Origin: an uncultured delta proteobacterium
Lineage (GTDB): Bacteria > Desulfobacterota > Desulfomonilia > UBA1062
Length of the DNA: 64,000 bases
Assembly: GCA_963798485.1 (NCBI GenBank)
Contig: CAWCTR010000030.1
Span: 1-64,000 of the forward strand
Direction: 5' to 3'
The first letter of the stretch is position 1. Every line of letters begins with the position of its first letter. Below the pieces are notes generated by a model that saw only the letters and a program-made list of their open reading frames with translations, ran no database searches and was not told the DNA's origin. Positions 9,222 through 19,344 of this stretch are shown here, in pieces. Position numbers and translations under genes: made by a program.

Positions 9222-10628
9222 TTAACCCACCCCATTTTTCCACTTGGCATATCTCACCATATACCCCAGGGCCTGAATCGCCTTGCGAGTGGTCGGGTAG
9301 GAGGGGATGCCGTGGCGCTCTATGAGGCCGCCAAGCTTGCTGACAGCTTCTGACGATGGCCCGTAGGACCATGCAACAACAGGTTTTCTGAGGTTGCGGC
9401 CCATGTGCTCAAGCACATCCTTGTAGAAATCCGGCATCAGATAACTGCTGATGTAGGTGTTCAGGTAAATGCAGTCAATATTCTCGTCTTCCATGAGGAC
9501 ATCGAAACATCGTGTATAATAGGTCAATATATCGATTCCATTGGCAGCAGTGGCCGGACCGAGGTCGATAGGGTGATCGGCAAGGGTATGACTTATGGAC
9601 AGGAGTGTTTCCCTGCTCCCTTGGCTCAGAGCGCCGGGTATAAGTCCATACTGCGCCCCTATATCGATGCACTGGATACCGATGGCGCCGGTAAGGCTGA
9701 TAATGCCCAGGCGGTTCCCCTTGGGGAGAGGCTGTGATAGGAAAACCTTGGCGCCCTCCAGCAGGTCTTCGTAATCATCCACTCTGATGATACCTGCCTG
9801 TCTGAAAAGGGCGTCATAGAGACTGTCCCGGCCTGAGATGCTCCCGGTATGGGAGGCCATGGCCTTGGCCGATTCGCCGCTCCTTCCCCCCTTGAGGGCC
9901 AGAATAGGCGTGCTTATTGAGATCCTCCGGGCGGTATCGAGAAGGGCCTTTGGCCGTTTTGTATGCTCCATGTAGAGGCCGATCACCGTTGTATCATGGT
10001 CGCGCCCGAGATATTCGAGGCAGTCTACCTCGTCGATGTCGCACATGTTCCCGAGGTCGATGATGGTATTGGTCCCGAAGGAATATTCATTCATCGCTGC
10101 TGCCTGCGGCCCATACATGCCTGTCTGGGTGATAATGGAAAGGCCGCCCTTGGGGGGGAGGTGGTAGCCTTTCTCATAGGGAATGGTGCTGATGCCCCCG
10201 TGTGGTTTGTAGATGCCGAGTGTATTGGGACCGATGATCCGGATGCCTTTTGCCTGTGCAATCGCAACAATGGCGGTCTGGCGGACCCGGCCTTCCTCCC
10301 CGTTTTCGGCAAAGCCGTCGGATATCACTACTGCCGCCTTTACCCCCTTTCTGCCGCAGGACTCAAGTATCCCCGGTACCGAGCGGTACGAGGTGGCGAT
10401 CACCGCCAGGTCAACCTTTCCTTCAACCTGGGAGAGGTCAGGGTAGACCTTCAGACCATAAACCGATGTGGAGGTTGGATGGATGGGATAGATGGCGCCT
10501 GCATAGCCAAGCTTTTTGAGCTCTTTTACCACCACGCCGGCGCCGAAGAACCATTCTTCCTTCATGCTCCCGAATAAGGCAATACCTTCAGGGTTGAAGA
10601 AATACGAAAGCTGATGAGAAGATTCCAT
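9222..10628 (-). CDS. NDP-forming acyl-CoA synthetase alpha subunit (CoA-binding protein)
   Basis: FFNPEGIALFG, IIGPNTLG, DLGNMCDIDE, phospho-His motif ASHTGS. No ATP-grasp domain. Confidence 0.88.
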   Translation of the reverse strand: MESSHQLSYFFNPEGIALFGSMKEEWFFGAGVVVKELKKLGYAGAIYPIHPTSTSVYGLKVYPDLSQVEGKVDLAVIATSYRSVPGILESCGRKGVKAAVVISDGFAENGEEGRVRQTAIVAIAQAKGIRIIGPNTLGIYKPHGGISTIPYEKGYHLPPKGGLSIITQTGMYGPQAAAMNEYSFGTNTIIDLGNMCDIDEVDCLEYLGRDHDTTVIGLYMEHTKRPKALLDTARRISISTPILALKGGRSGESAKAMASHTGSISGRDSLYDALFRQAGIIRVDDYEDLLEGAKVFLSQPLPKGNRLGIISLTGAIGIQCIDIGAQYGLIPGALSQGSRETLLSISHTLADHPIDLGPATAANGIDILTYYTRCFDVLMEDENIDCIYLNTYISSYLMPDFYKDVLEHMGRNLRKPVVAWSYGPSSEAVSKLGGLIERHGIPSYPTTRKAIQALGYMVRYAKWKNGVG

Positions 10629-10642
10629 CGAGTATTTGAGGA

Positions 10643-11761
10643 TTATGCCGCATCCTGGGTATTCGAGTACATCCGCGGGACCCGTCTGCTCATATCGCAG
10701 ATGATCTCATAGGGGATGGTCCCGCACCAGGATGCAATAGTAGCGGCCGTGATGGTGTCCGGGCCGAACATGATCACCTCCTGGCCCACCGGAAAGGTGT
10801 CATCTCCCAGGTCGACAAGGGTCTGATCCATACAGATCCTGCCCACGACAGGATATTGTTTGCCTGCAATGAGGACCTTGGCGGTGTTGGACAGTGCCCT
10901 TGCATACCCGTCCGCATAGCCGATGGGGATGGTGGCGATGGTTGTATCACGCTCAGGTCTGAAGGTCAGCCCGTAGGAAAGGCCGGTCCCCTTTTTTACC
11001 CGCTTCATAAACATGATGCCGGTTTTCAGGGTCATGGCAGGGCGGATATCGAGCTCTTTTTGCATATTTTCAGAGGGGTAGAGCCCGTAGCATAAGAGCC
11101 CGGGTCTCACCATATCCATGAAAGACTCCCTGTGGTTGATAATGGCGCCCGAGTTGGCACAGTGGCGCAGGCCCACGTCGATATTCAAGGACGCAAGCCT
11201 GTTGGAAAAATCGATGAACTGCCTGATCTGGGACTCGGTGAACTCACTTGAGGGGACATCGGATACGGGGAAATGGGTATAGAGACCGGATATGGTGATC
11301 TCACGTAATGAGGCGATATGTTCGATGACCGCAAGGGTCTTTTCAGGCGGCAATCCCAGTCTGCCCATGCCCGTATCGGTCTTGACGTGTACGGCTATGG
11401 AGCGGTTCCACCTGCGCGCCCCCTGGACAAGCGCCTCTACCAGGGACATGTCCACGAGGGTAGGGATCAGGTCATGCGAGAATACTGCGTCTATGTCATC
11501 CTGGACCGTTGTAATCAGTCCGAAGTTAAGAATCGGCAGCCTGACGCCGGCCTTCCTGAGCTGTATACCCTCTTCGATACAGCTCACACCCAGCATGTCC
11601 ACCAGCGCCTTTTCCTGGACGAACCGGCCGACAGTATCCGCGCCGTGTCCGTAGGCATCGGCCTTGATGGCCATCATGACACGGCCTTTGGTGCGGGCCT
11701 TAATGAGCTCGATGTTGTGATGGATGGCTGAAAGGTCAATCTCAACCCGTGTGGGCCGCAT
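10643..11761 (-). CDS. alr: Alanine racemase
   Basis: IKADAYGHG PLP-lysine motif, HVKTDTGMGRLG, GYADG, GRICMD, TIPYE. Confidence 0.97.
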   Translation of the reverse strand: MRPTRVEIDLSAIHHNIELIKARTKGRVMMAIKADAYGHGADTVGRFVQEKALVDMLGVSCIEEGIQLRKAGVRLPILNFGLITTVQDDIDAVFSHDLIPTLVDMSLVEALVQGARRWNRSIAVHVKTDTGMGRLGLPPEKTLAVIEHIASLREITISGLYTHFPVSDVPSSEFTESQIRQFIDFSNRLASLNIDVGLRHCANSGAIINHRESFMDMVRPGLLCYGLYPSENMQKELDIRPAMTLKTGIMFMKRVKKGTGLSYGLTFRPERDTTIATIPIGYADGYARALSNTAKVLIAGKQYPVVGRICMDQTLVDLGDDTFPVGQEVIMFGPDTITAATIASWCGTIPYEIICDMSRRVPRMYSNTQDAA

Positions 11762-11769
11762 GCGCCTCC

Positions 11770-12958
11770 TTAATCGGCCTTCTTGCGCAGGAATGTGGGC
11801 ACGTTATAAAGATCCTGGTCGAGCACGCTCTCGTCCACCACCATACCAAGTTTTATGACCTCTTTCTCTTCTCTTCTCTTCCTTTTGCTCCTTCCTTCTC
11901 ATGAAGGCGGGCTTGTTATAGTCGATGACCGAGGCATTGTGGGGGTCTCTTTGCTGCTGGGACGCCTTACCCTTATCCACGCCTGAAGACAGCACGATGG
12001 GTTTATTGGCAAACCCTGTCGCCACTACCGTGATGGCAATCTGATCGGTCATGGTCTCATCGATCACCACGCCCCAGATGATATTGGCATCATCATGCGC
12101 AGCTGCCTGAATCAGAGAAGATGCCTCGTGGATTTCGTTCATGGTGATGGAAGGCGAGCTCGTGATATTGATGAGCAGGCCCTTGGCGCCGTGGATGTCC
12201 ATATCCTCCAGCAGGGGTGATGAGATGGCGGACTGGGCTGCTGCGGCCGCCCTGTCCTCGCCTGACCCATAACCGATGCCCATAAGCGCCTTGCCTTTTT
12301 CAATCATGACGGCCCTCACGTCGTTGAAGTCTACGTTGACAAGGCCGGTATTGTTGATGAGGTCGGATATGCCCTTGACCGCATTGATGAGGATGTTATC
12401 GGCCATCTTGAAGGCATCGAGCAGGGGCACGTTCTTGCCTGCCATGCTCAGCAGGCGGTTGTTCGGGATGACGATTAAGGCGTCCACATTTTCGGTGAGT
12501 TCTTTTTCACCTGCCTCGGCCTGGACCATCTTGCGCTTGCCCTCAAAGGGAAAGGGCTTGGTGACCACGGCAACGGTGAGGATGCCCATTTCCTTGGCGA
12601 TCTGGGCCACCACCGGGGATGCCCCGGTTCCTGTTCCCCCTCCCATGCCGGCGGTGATGAACACCATGTCGGCGTCCTCAAGGGCCGCTCTAAGCTCCTT
12701 TTCACTCTCCAGGGCTGCGCTCCTTCCGGCATCGGGGTTGCCGCCGGCGCCGAGGCCCCTGGTAAGCTTGGTTCCTATCTGTACGCGGTTCGAGGACAAA
12801 GAGGATTTCAAGGTCTGGATATCGGTGTTGCATGAAAGGAACTCAACCCCTTTCAATTTGGCGTTGATCATGTTGTTCACGGCATTGCAGCCGCATCCAC
12901 CCACGCCGATGACCTTGATCTGTGCCCCCACGCTCTCCATCTTTTCCAATTCAAACAT
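11770..12958 (-). CDS. ftsZ: Cell division protein FtsZ; apparent frameshift near the 3' end
   Basis: GGGTGTG signature. The conserved tail ...VIKLGMVVDESVLDQDLYNVPTFLRKKAD* lies in another frame after an AAGAG repeat at about 11861-11882. Confidence 0.95.
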
Positions 12959-12974
12959 AAGCACCTCCTCCCAG

Positions 12975-14201
12975 CTAAAAGACTTCCTTGAACCAACTGA
13001 TCATTCTCTCCATAATCCTCTCGAAGACATTGGTGCCCTTCGGTTTGAAGCTGTACGACGGTTTTCCCGTTTCATACACACACAAGCCTACGGCTGTTGC
13101 GTATGCCGGGCTGTTCACAAGCTCAACGAGGCCCTTCACACCCCTGGGAAGCCCCACACGCACAGGCATGTGCATGATGCTCTCAGCCAGCTCTGCAACA
13201 CCTTCCAGGGCGCTTGCGCCGCCGGTGAGCACGAGTCCTGCCGACATGGATTCCGACAACCCGGTGTTTCTGATTTCATTATATGCGAGTTTGAAAAGTT
13301 CTTCCACCCTGGATTCGATAATTTCGGACAAAATCCGCCGGGGCACCATATTCACCGTATCTCCTCCGATGGAGGGCACCTCGATCTGTTCATCCGGGGA
13401 AACCCGTGCGGAGATGGCATGTCCGTATTTGATCTTGAGCCGCTCCGCCTCTGCAATAGGCGCCCGCAGGCCTACGGCGATATCATTGGTGATATTGTCC
13501 CCGCCAAGTGCAAGAACGGACGTGTGCCGGATGGAGCCCTCATTGAAGACCGCGATGTCCGTGGTACCCCCGCCGATATCCATGAGGATCACCCCAAGCT
13601 GCGTCTCATCCGGCGTCAGGATGGCGGCGGCAGAGGCAATCTGCTGGAGTACGATGTCCTGCAGGCCGAGCCCTGCCTTCTGGGCGCACTTGGTGATGTT
13701 GCTCACCGCGGACACGCTTCCGGTGACGATGTGCACACGCGATTCAAGCCGGGAGCCGGCCATGCCCACAGGGTTTAAGATGCCGGTTATGTCGTCCACG
13801 GTGAACTCCTGGGGGAGCACATGGATGATCTCTACACCTACGGGCTTGGCAAAGTCCTTGGCCTGATCCACGACCCTGCGTTTGTCCACCTCGGTTATCT
13901 CATCGCCCTTGATGGCTATGACCGCGCTGGTGCTGATGCCTTGGATATGACCTCCTGCGATGCCGGTATAAACCTCGTCAACCCTGATACCGGCCATCCG
14001 TTCGGCGTCCTCTACACAATTCCTGATGGCATCCACGGTCTGTTCCATGTTCACCACAAGACCCCGCCTGAGCCCCTTGGATTCGGACAGTCCGAATCCG
14101 ATGACCTCAAGCTCGCCTGCCTCGTTCATTTCCGTGATGAGACAGCAGATCTTTGTTGTCCCTATATCCAGCCCGACTACTATCTTATCCCTGGCTGCCA
14201 T
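12975..14201 (-). CDS. ftsA: Cell division protein FtsA
   Basis: GLDIGTTKI, DIGGGTTD, C-terminal amphipathic helix ISWFKEVF. Confidence 0.97.
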   Translation of the reverse strand: MAARDKIVVGLDIGTTKICCLITEMNEAGELEVIGFGLSESKGLRRGLVVNMEQTVDAIRNCVEDAERMAGIRVDEVYTGIAGGHIQGISTSAVIAIKGDEITEVDKRRVVDQAKDFAKPVGVEIIHVLPQEFTVDDITGILNPVGMAGSRLESRVHIVTGSVSAVSNITKCAQKAGLGLQDIVLQQIASAAAILTPDETQLGVILMDIGGGTTDIAVFNEGSIRHTSVLALGGDNITNDIAVGLRAPIAEAERLKIKYGHAISARVSPDEQIEVPSIGGDTVNMVPRRILSEIIESRVEELFKLAYNEIRNTGLSESMSAGLVLTGGASALEGVAELAESIMHMPVRVGLPRGVKGLVELVNSPAYATAVGLCVYETGKPSYSFKPKGTNVFERIMERMISWFKEVF

Positions 14202-14973
14202 GTACACCCCTATTCCTGAGAACTACCTTGTCATCGCACCTTAGATCCATAACAGTTCCTTCCGGAGGTTTGAGTTTTGCTATTGTCTTTATGGCCATGT
14301 CCACCTTTATGGGCGTCATCTGGCCGAAGATGGTGAGCGTTATCCCATTTTTCAGTTTAAGATCCACAAGGCCACCCGGTTCAATAAGGACATCGCTCAC
14401 CTGAAGTCCCTTGGACGCTACCAGTGCCGCAGCCTCGATGGCATAGTTCAGGACCTGATCCAGACCCTGTTTCATATCCTGATGCGTATAATCGCGCGCA
14501 CTGATCAAGAGCCCATAGTATACATCCGGGGAGGAGGCAAAGGCCTGGCCTTCTTCAGAGATCAGGTACGGCCTGTCCTTGAGGAAGAGTGTTGCCTTTG
14601 GTTTGTGCTCAATTATCGACACACCCACCGATGCAGGCACAAAGCTCCTGGAGATACTAACATCTTTAATCCACGGATGATTTTGTAACCTTTTTCTCGC
14701 CTTGTTCATATCCCAGGACAGTATATTAACTCCTGGTTCAATGTCCAGTAAAGTAAGAACCTCATCTGATTTTATGTGAACATTCCCCTTGATATCGATA
14801 TGCTTGACGAGGAAGAGGGCGGAGTTGCTGATATAGGCAACGGCACAGACGCTTATAAGGAGGCCTGATATTAAAAGGCATGTCCACATGGCGAGCCTGA
14901 GCACGGAATTGATCTGGTAGATGGTCTTTTTCTTGGATGGGGTCTTTACCCGTTCCTTAAAGTCACTGACCAA
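14185..14973 (-). CDS. ftsQ: Cell division protein FtsQ
   Basis: Single TM helix, POTRA domain (IDIKGN...HPWIKDVSISR), C-terminal DLR, located upstream of ftsA. Confidence 0.9.
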   Translation of the reverse strand: MVSDFKERVKTPSKKKTIYQINSVLRLAMWTCLLISGLLISVCAVAYISNSALFLVKHIDIKGNVHIKSDEVLTLLDIEPGVNILSWDMNKARKRLQNHPWIKDVSISRSFVPASVGVSIIEHKPKATLFLKDRPYLISEEGQAFASSPDVYYGLLISARDYTHQDMKQGLDQVLNYAIEAAALVASKGLQVSDVLIEPGGLVDLKLKNGITLTIFGQMTPIKVDMAIKTIAKLKPPEGTVMDLRCDDKVVLRNRGVHGSQG

Positions 14974-15802
14974 TGATCTTTACCTCCTCGGTAAGCGCTA
15001 TCCCAAATCGGGCCCTGACCTTGTCCTTAATGATCCCGATCAACTCCTGAATGTCCTTGGTTGTTGCGGTGCCGTCATTGATAATAAAGTTGGCATGAAT
15101 CTCTGACACAAAAGCCCCGCCGACTTTCAAACCTTTGAGGCCTGCCTTCTCGATGAGCATGCCCGCAGGCATTCCCGAAGGATTCTTGAACATGGAGCCG
15201 CTGTTGAAGCCTCGCGGCTGGCTGCGTTTCTTCATGATGTAGGGCAGTACGGCGTTGTGCACCGCCTCTTTTGTCAACCGGCTCAGTGCAATTTTTACAG
15301 AGGTGATCACCGTCCTATCCGGCATGCCGCTTGTGCGGTAGCTGTAATGGAGATCTTGAGGTCTCATGGTGTGAATGCCTGAGCTGTCCACAACCTCGAG
15401 CTCCATGACAGCATCGAGAATCCCCTTTTCCGGGGTACCGGCGTTCATGAAGAGCGCGCCGCCCAACTGGCCCGGAATACCTGCCATGAACTCGATTCCT
15501 GACAGGCCTTTTGTCACACAGTAGGATACGAGCCGTTTCATTGGCACTCCTGCGCCTGCGTGGATTCCCGACGTTATGGTATCGATTCCGGCGAACTCCT
15601 TGCCCAGGTGGATGACGGGCTTTGCAATTGCAGTGTCTTCGAAGATGGTGTTGGTTCCACCGCCTAAGACATGGAAGTCCTTGACCTCCCTGATGAGATG
15701 TAAAAGCTCGGAAATGTTTTCGGGCTCAAAGATGCAATCGATGGTCCCCCCGCAGTGCATGGATGTTATATTTTGTGCCTGAACCGCCCCTAACATCCTC
15801 AT
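14963..15802 (-). CDS. murB: UDP-N-acetylenolpyruvoylglucosamine reductase
   Basis: LGGGTN, GIPGQLGGALFMNAG, GSMFKNP, HANFIIN. Confidence 0.95.
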   Translation of the reverse strand: MRMLGAVQAQNITSMHCGGTIDCIFEPENISELLHLIREVKDFHVLGGGTNTIFEDTAIAKPVIHLGKEFAGIDTITSGIHAGAGVPMKRLVSYCVTKGLSGIEFMAGIPGQLGGALFMNAGTPEKGILDAVMELEVVDSSGIHTMRPQDLHYSYRTSGMPDRTVITSVKIALSRLTKEAVHNAVLPYIMKKRSQPRGFNSGSMFKNPSGMPAGMLIEKAGLKGLKVGGAFVSEIHANFIINDGTATTKDIQELIGIIKDKVRARFGIALTEEVKIIGQ

Positions 15803-17169
15803 CCAAGCCTCTCTAATACCTTAAGCCCCTGTCTCCAGACATCCCCTGCACCCAGGAAGATGAGAAGGTCACCCTCTTTGAGCTCGTCCATGAGGGCGTC
15901 AGGGATGTCTTCCTTGTTCTCCACATAATAGGCCTCCCGGTAGCCATGATTCTTGATCTCTTCGAACAGGGAATAACCGGTTACCCCCTCGATGGGTTTT
16001 TCGGATGCCGGGTAGATCTCGGTGACATAGAGTCTCGCAGCGTCATAGAAGGAGTTAACGAAGTCCTCGAAAAGGTCCCTGGTCCGGGTGTAACGGTGGG
16101 GCTGGAAAACCGCGATCACCCGGCGCTGCGGGAACCCGTTCTTGATGGCGGAAAGTGTCATCCTGATCTCGGTGGGGTGATGGCCGTAGTCGTCCATGAC
16201 CGTGATGCCGTTTTTTTCTCCCCTTACATGGCATCTCCTCTGGACCCCTTTGAAGGTGCAAAGGCCCTTCTTGATGAGATCGAAATCGATGCCGAGCTCA
16301 AGGGCAGTGCCTATGGCTGCCAGGGCATTGAGGCAGTTGTGCTTTCCCGGCACCCCTAGGACCACCTCGCCCAAGGTAGAACCATTCCGGTGGGCAGTAA
16401 ACGTGGTATCGAACCCGGTGAAACAAGGTTCGGTATAGCGGTATGTGGCCTGGGTATGCGATCCGTAGGTGATGACCTTGCGTTCGAGCCTGGGCATGAT
16501 GTGCTGGATATTCGTATCATCCAGGCAGATCATATTGAAACCGAAGAACGGGACCTTGTTGAGGAACTGCACATAGGTGTCGCGGATGTCGTCGATGTCG
16601 CGGTAGCAGTCCATGTGTTCTTCTTCGATATTGGTGACCACTGCCACAATGGGCGCCAGCTTGAGGAAGGACCGGTCGCTCTCGTCCGCCTCGGCCACCA
16701 GGAGCTCCCCTTCGCCGAGCCTGGCATTGGACCCGAACATATCGAGCCTTCCGCCGATGATGGCTGTGGGGTCTTTCCCAGCCATGGCCAGGATGGTGGC
16801 CAGCATGGAGGTCGTGGTGGTTTTGCCGTGGGTGCCGGCAATGGCGATTGCAAACTTCATGCGCATGAGCTCGGCGAGCATCTCGGCCCTCGGGATGACG
16901 GGCAGCGCAGAGTTCTTGGCGGCAACGCACTCAGGGTTGTCGAGCCCCACGGCGGATGAGTAGACTACCACTTGGGCATTGCCGATGTTCTCGCTGTTAT
17001 GGCCGATATGAATGGTAGCCCCCAGGGTGCGGAGCCGCCCGAGGGTATCGGATTCGGCAACATCGGAACCGGTTATGCAAAATCCGAGGTTGAGCAGGAG
17101 TTCGGCGATACCGCTCATACCGATGCCGCCGATGCCTACAAAATGGATCCTGGTAATACCTCTAAACAC
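15799..17169 (-). CDS. murC: UDP-N-acetylmuramate-L-alanine ligase
   Basis: IHFVGIGGIGMSG, GTHGKTTT, EADESD, DDYGHHPTE. Confidence 0.97.
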   Translation of the reverse strand: MFRGITRIHFVGIGGIGMSGIAELLLNLGFCITGSDVAESDTLGRLRTLGATIHIGHNSENIGNAQVVVYSSAVGLDNPECVAAKNSALPVIPRAEMLAELMRMKFAIAIAGTHGKTTTTSMLATILAMAGKDPTAIIGGRLDMFGSNARLGEGELLVAEADESDRSFLKLAPIVAVVTNIEEEHMDCYRDIDDIRDTYVQFLNKVPFFGFNMICLDDTNIQHIMPRLERKVITYGSHTQATYRYTEPCFTGFDTTFTAHRNGSTLGEVVLGVPGKHNCLNALAAIGTALELGIDFDLIKKGLCTFKGVQRRCHVRGEKNGITVMDDYGHHPTEIRMTLSAIKNGFPQRRVIAVFQPHRYTRTRDLFEDFVNSFYDAARLYVTEIYPASEKPIEGVTGYSLFEEIKNHGYREAYYVENKEDIPDALMDELKEGDLLIFLGAGDVWRQGLKVLERLG

Positions 17170-18220
17170 TCATGATCTCCCTTGCTATAATTTCGGCCCC
17201 TTTACCTAGGCCGATACGTTTCATATTATCCGATGACTTTTTCAGTTCAGAGGGGTTGCTGAGCCTGGCCTTGATCTCAAGCGCCAGGCGCTCGGGCGTC
17301 AGGTCGGACTCGGGGATAAGCCATCCGCCGCCTTGATCGGCTACATATCTGCCGTTAAAGGTCTGGTGGTCATCCGTGGCATGGGGAAAGGGCACCATGA
17401 TGGCAGGTATTCCAAAAGCCGAAAGCTCGGACAGTGTTATGCCGCCGCATCTGGAAAGCGCAAGCAGGGCGCCGTTATAGGCGGATGCCATATCGTCAAT
17501 GAAGTCTCTTACATCCACATCTATACCCATGTGCTGATAGGTATTTTTTACGAGCTCAAAATCCTCACTACCGCTCTGGTGGATGACCTTGATGGCAACC
17601 CCCTCGTCTCTGAGGATCTTCACCGCCTTTGCCGCGGCCTTGTTGATGCTGCTCGCACCAAGGCTTCCGCCCAGTATGAGCAGGTATGAGCCGGTCCCGT
17701 TACGCTTGCATTCTGTGAGCTCTTTCCGTAAAGGGTTCCCGGTGAGCAGGGTCTTAGATCCGGGGAACCTGCCAGAGCTGTCCGGAAAGGCAAGGAAGAC
17801 CCGGTGGGCTATCCTTGAAAGGATCCTGTTGGTGAGTCCCGGGATGCTGTTCTGTTCCTGGATAGCGCAGTTGCATCCCAGCAGCCTGCCTGAGAGCACC
17901 ACCATGCCCGTGATGTACCCGCCGGTCCCGATGACCCATGCGGGTCTGAAGTCTCTTATTATCTTGATAGAGGTGAAAAATGCCTTCAGATTCACCATTA
18001 TGGCCTGTAGCAGGTTGGTCAGCGATTTCCCCTTGATGCCCAGCGCTTTAATGGAGATGAAGTCCAGTCCTTTAAGCCTGGCAATACGTTCCTCCATGCC
18101 GCGGTCCGTTCCCACAAACAGGATCTTTGCCCCGGGCAGTTTATCGCGGATGGCTTCGGCTATGGCAATAGCCGGCATGATATGTCCGCCCGTACCACCT
18201 GCCGTGATGAGCACCTTCAT
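17162..18220 (-). CDS. murG: Lipid I N-acetylglucosaminyltransferase
   Basis: GGTGGHI, QEQNSIPG, GNPLR, GGSLGA, DDHQTFN. Confidence 0.96.
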   Translation of the reverse strand: MKVLITAGGTGGHIMPAIAIAEAIRDKLPGAKILFVGTDRGMEERIARLKGLDFISIKALGIKGKSLTNLLQAIMVNLKAFFTSIKIIRDFRPAWVIGTGGYITGMVVLSGRLLGCNCAIQEQNSIPGLTNRILSRIAHRVFLAFPDSSGRFPGSKTLLTGNPLRKELTECKRNGTGSYLLILGGSLGASSINKAAAKAVKILRDEGVAIKVIHQSGSEDFELVKNTYQHMGIDVDVRDFIDDMASAYNGALLALSRCGGITLSELSAFGIPAIMVPFPHATDDHQTFNGRYVADQGGGWLIPESDLTPERLALEIKARLSNPSELKKSSDNMKRIGLGKGAEIIAREIMSV

Positions 18221-19344
18221 AGGCGGGCCCTTCTGGATACCGAAAGGATCAGCCCGCAGATGCACATGGTGCTGAGCAGCGGCGATCCGCCATAACTGAA
18301 GAAGGGAAGGGGGATCCCTTTGGTTGGAAGCAGTGAAAGTGCAACGCCCATGTTAAGGCAAGCCTGCAGTCCGATAAGGCAGACAGAAGCTATGACCAGA
18401 TGAAACCCGAAGGAGTCGTTTGTTGCCTGTGCGATGGTGAAACCCCTCCATATCCAGATGGCGAAGAGGGCTGCCACAATGAAGACCCCGATGAAGCCGA
18501 GCTCTTCGCCGATCACGGAGAGGATAAAGTCCGTATGGGGCGCAGGAAGGTAGAAGAGCTTCTGGGTCCCCTCGCCGAGTCCTGAGCCGAAGAACCCGCC
18601 CATGGCAAAGGCAACCATGGACTGGATAATCTGGTAGCCGCAGCCCATCATGTCTTTCCAGGGGTCCAGAAAGATCGTGAGCCTGGCACGGCGGTAGGAT
18701 TCCCAGAACATGGCAATGAGGCCTATGGGGATGCCTATACCCATGAGGATCAAAAGGTGCTTCCACCGCATCCCTGCCATGAAAAGGAGCATCACGGACC
18801 AGATGCCGATGGACGCTGCAGTGCCGAAGTCCGGTTCGATAAAGATGAGGGCGCACATAACAGCCACAATGGCAAGCACCGGGAGCGGACCCTTGGCGAA
18901 GTCGCCGATGTTTCGAGACTTCCGTGAGAGGAAATCGGCAATAAAGAGAATAAGGGCTATCTTGGCCAGCTCGGAGGCCTGAATGATGAAGGGGCTGAAC
19001 CCGATCCATCGTTTCGAGTGACCCCCTGCATGCCCGATCACCGGCATGAAACAGAGCACCAGTGCGACGGCGCTTCCCAGCAGGGTAAAGAGGATGGTTT
19101 TCCCGGAGCTTAAGCGCCGGTAATCATAGCTCATGATGCCGAGCATCGCCACGGTGCCGAGGACCACATGGATGAGGTGCTTTTTGGTCATGGTTATACC
19201 ATTGCCATAGAGCTCTTTCGAGACAAAATAGCTCGACGAGAATATCATCACGGTCCCCAGTATCAAGAGGGCCATGGTGGCGAGAAAGAAGATGACGTCG
19301 AAGTCTATCTCGCGCTCTTGTTCTTTAAAAGGCCATAGACGCAT
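18217..19344 (-). CDS. ftsW: SEDS peptidoglycan polymerase FtsW
   Basis: Polytopic membrane protein, QASELAK, EPDFG, LPAPHTDFI, GEELG, SYGGS. Confidence 0.96.
   Translation of the reverse strand: MRLWPFKEQEREIDFDVIFFLATMALLILGTVMIFSSSYFVSKELYGNGITMTKKHLIHVVLGTVAMLGIMSYDYRRLSSGKTILFTLLGSAVALVLCFMPVIGHAGGHSKRWIGFSPFIIQASELAKIALILFIADFLSRKSRNIGDFAKGPLPVLAIVAVMCALIFIEPDFGTAASIGIWSVMLLFMAGMRWKHLLILMGIGIPIGLIAMFWESYRRARLTIFLDPWKDMMGCGYQIIQSMVAFAMGGFFGSGLGEGTQKLFYLPAPHTDFILSVIGEELGFIGVFIVAALFAIWIWRGFTIAQATNDSFGFHLVIASVCLIGLQACLNMGVALSLLPTKGIPLPFFSYGGSPLLSTMCICGLILSVSRRARL

Noticed and set aside
12276-13866. Long plus-strand ORFs (500 aa, 292 aa) opposite ftsZ/ftsA
   Set aside because: Typical antisense open frames of GC-biased conserved genes, with no domain signatures.
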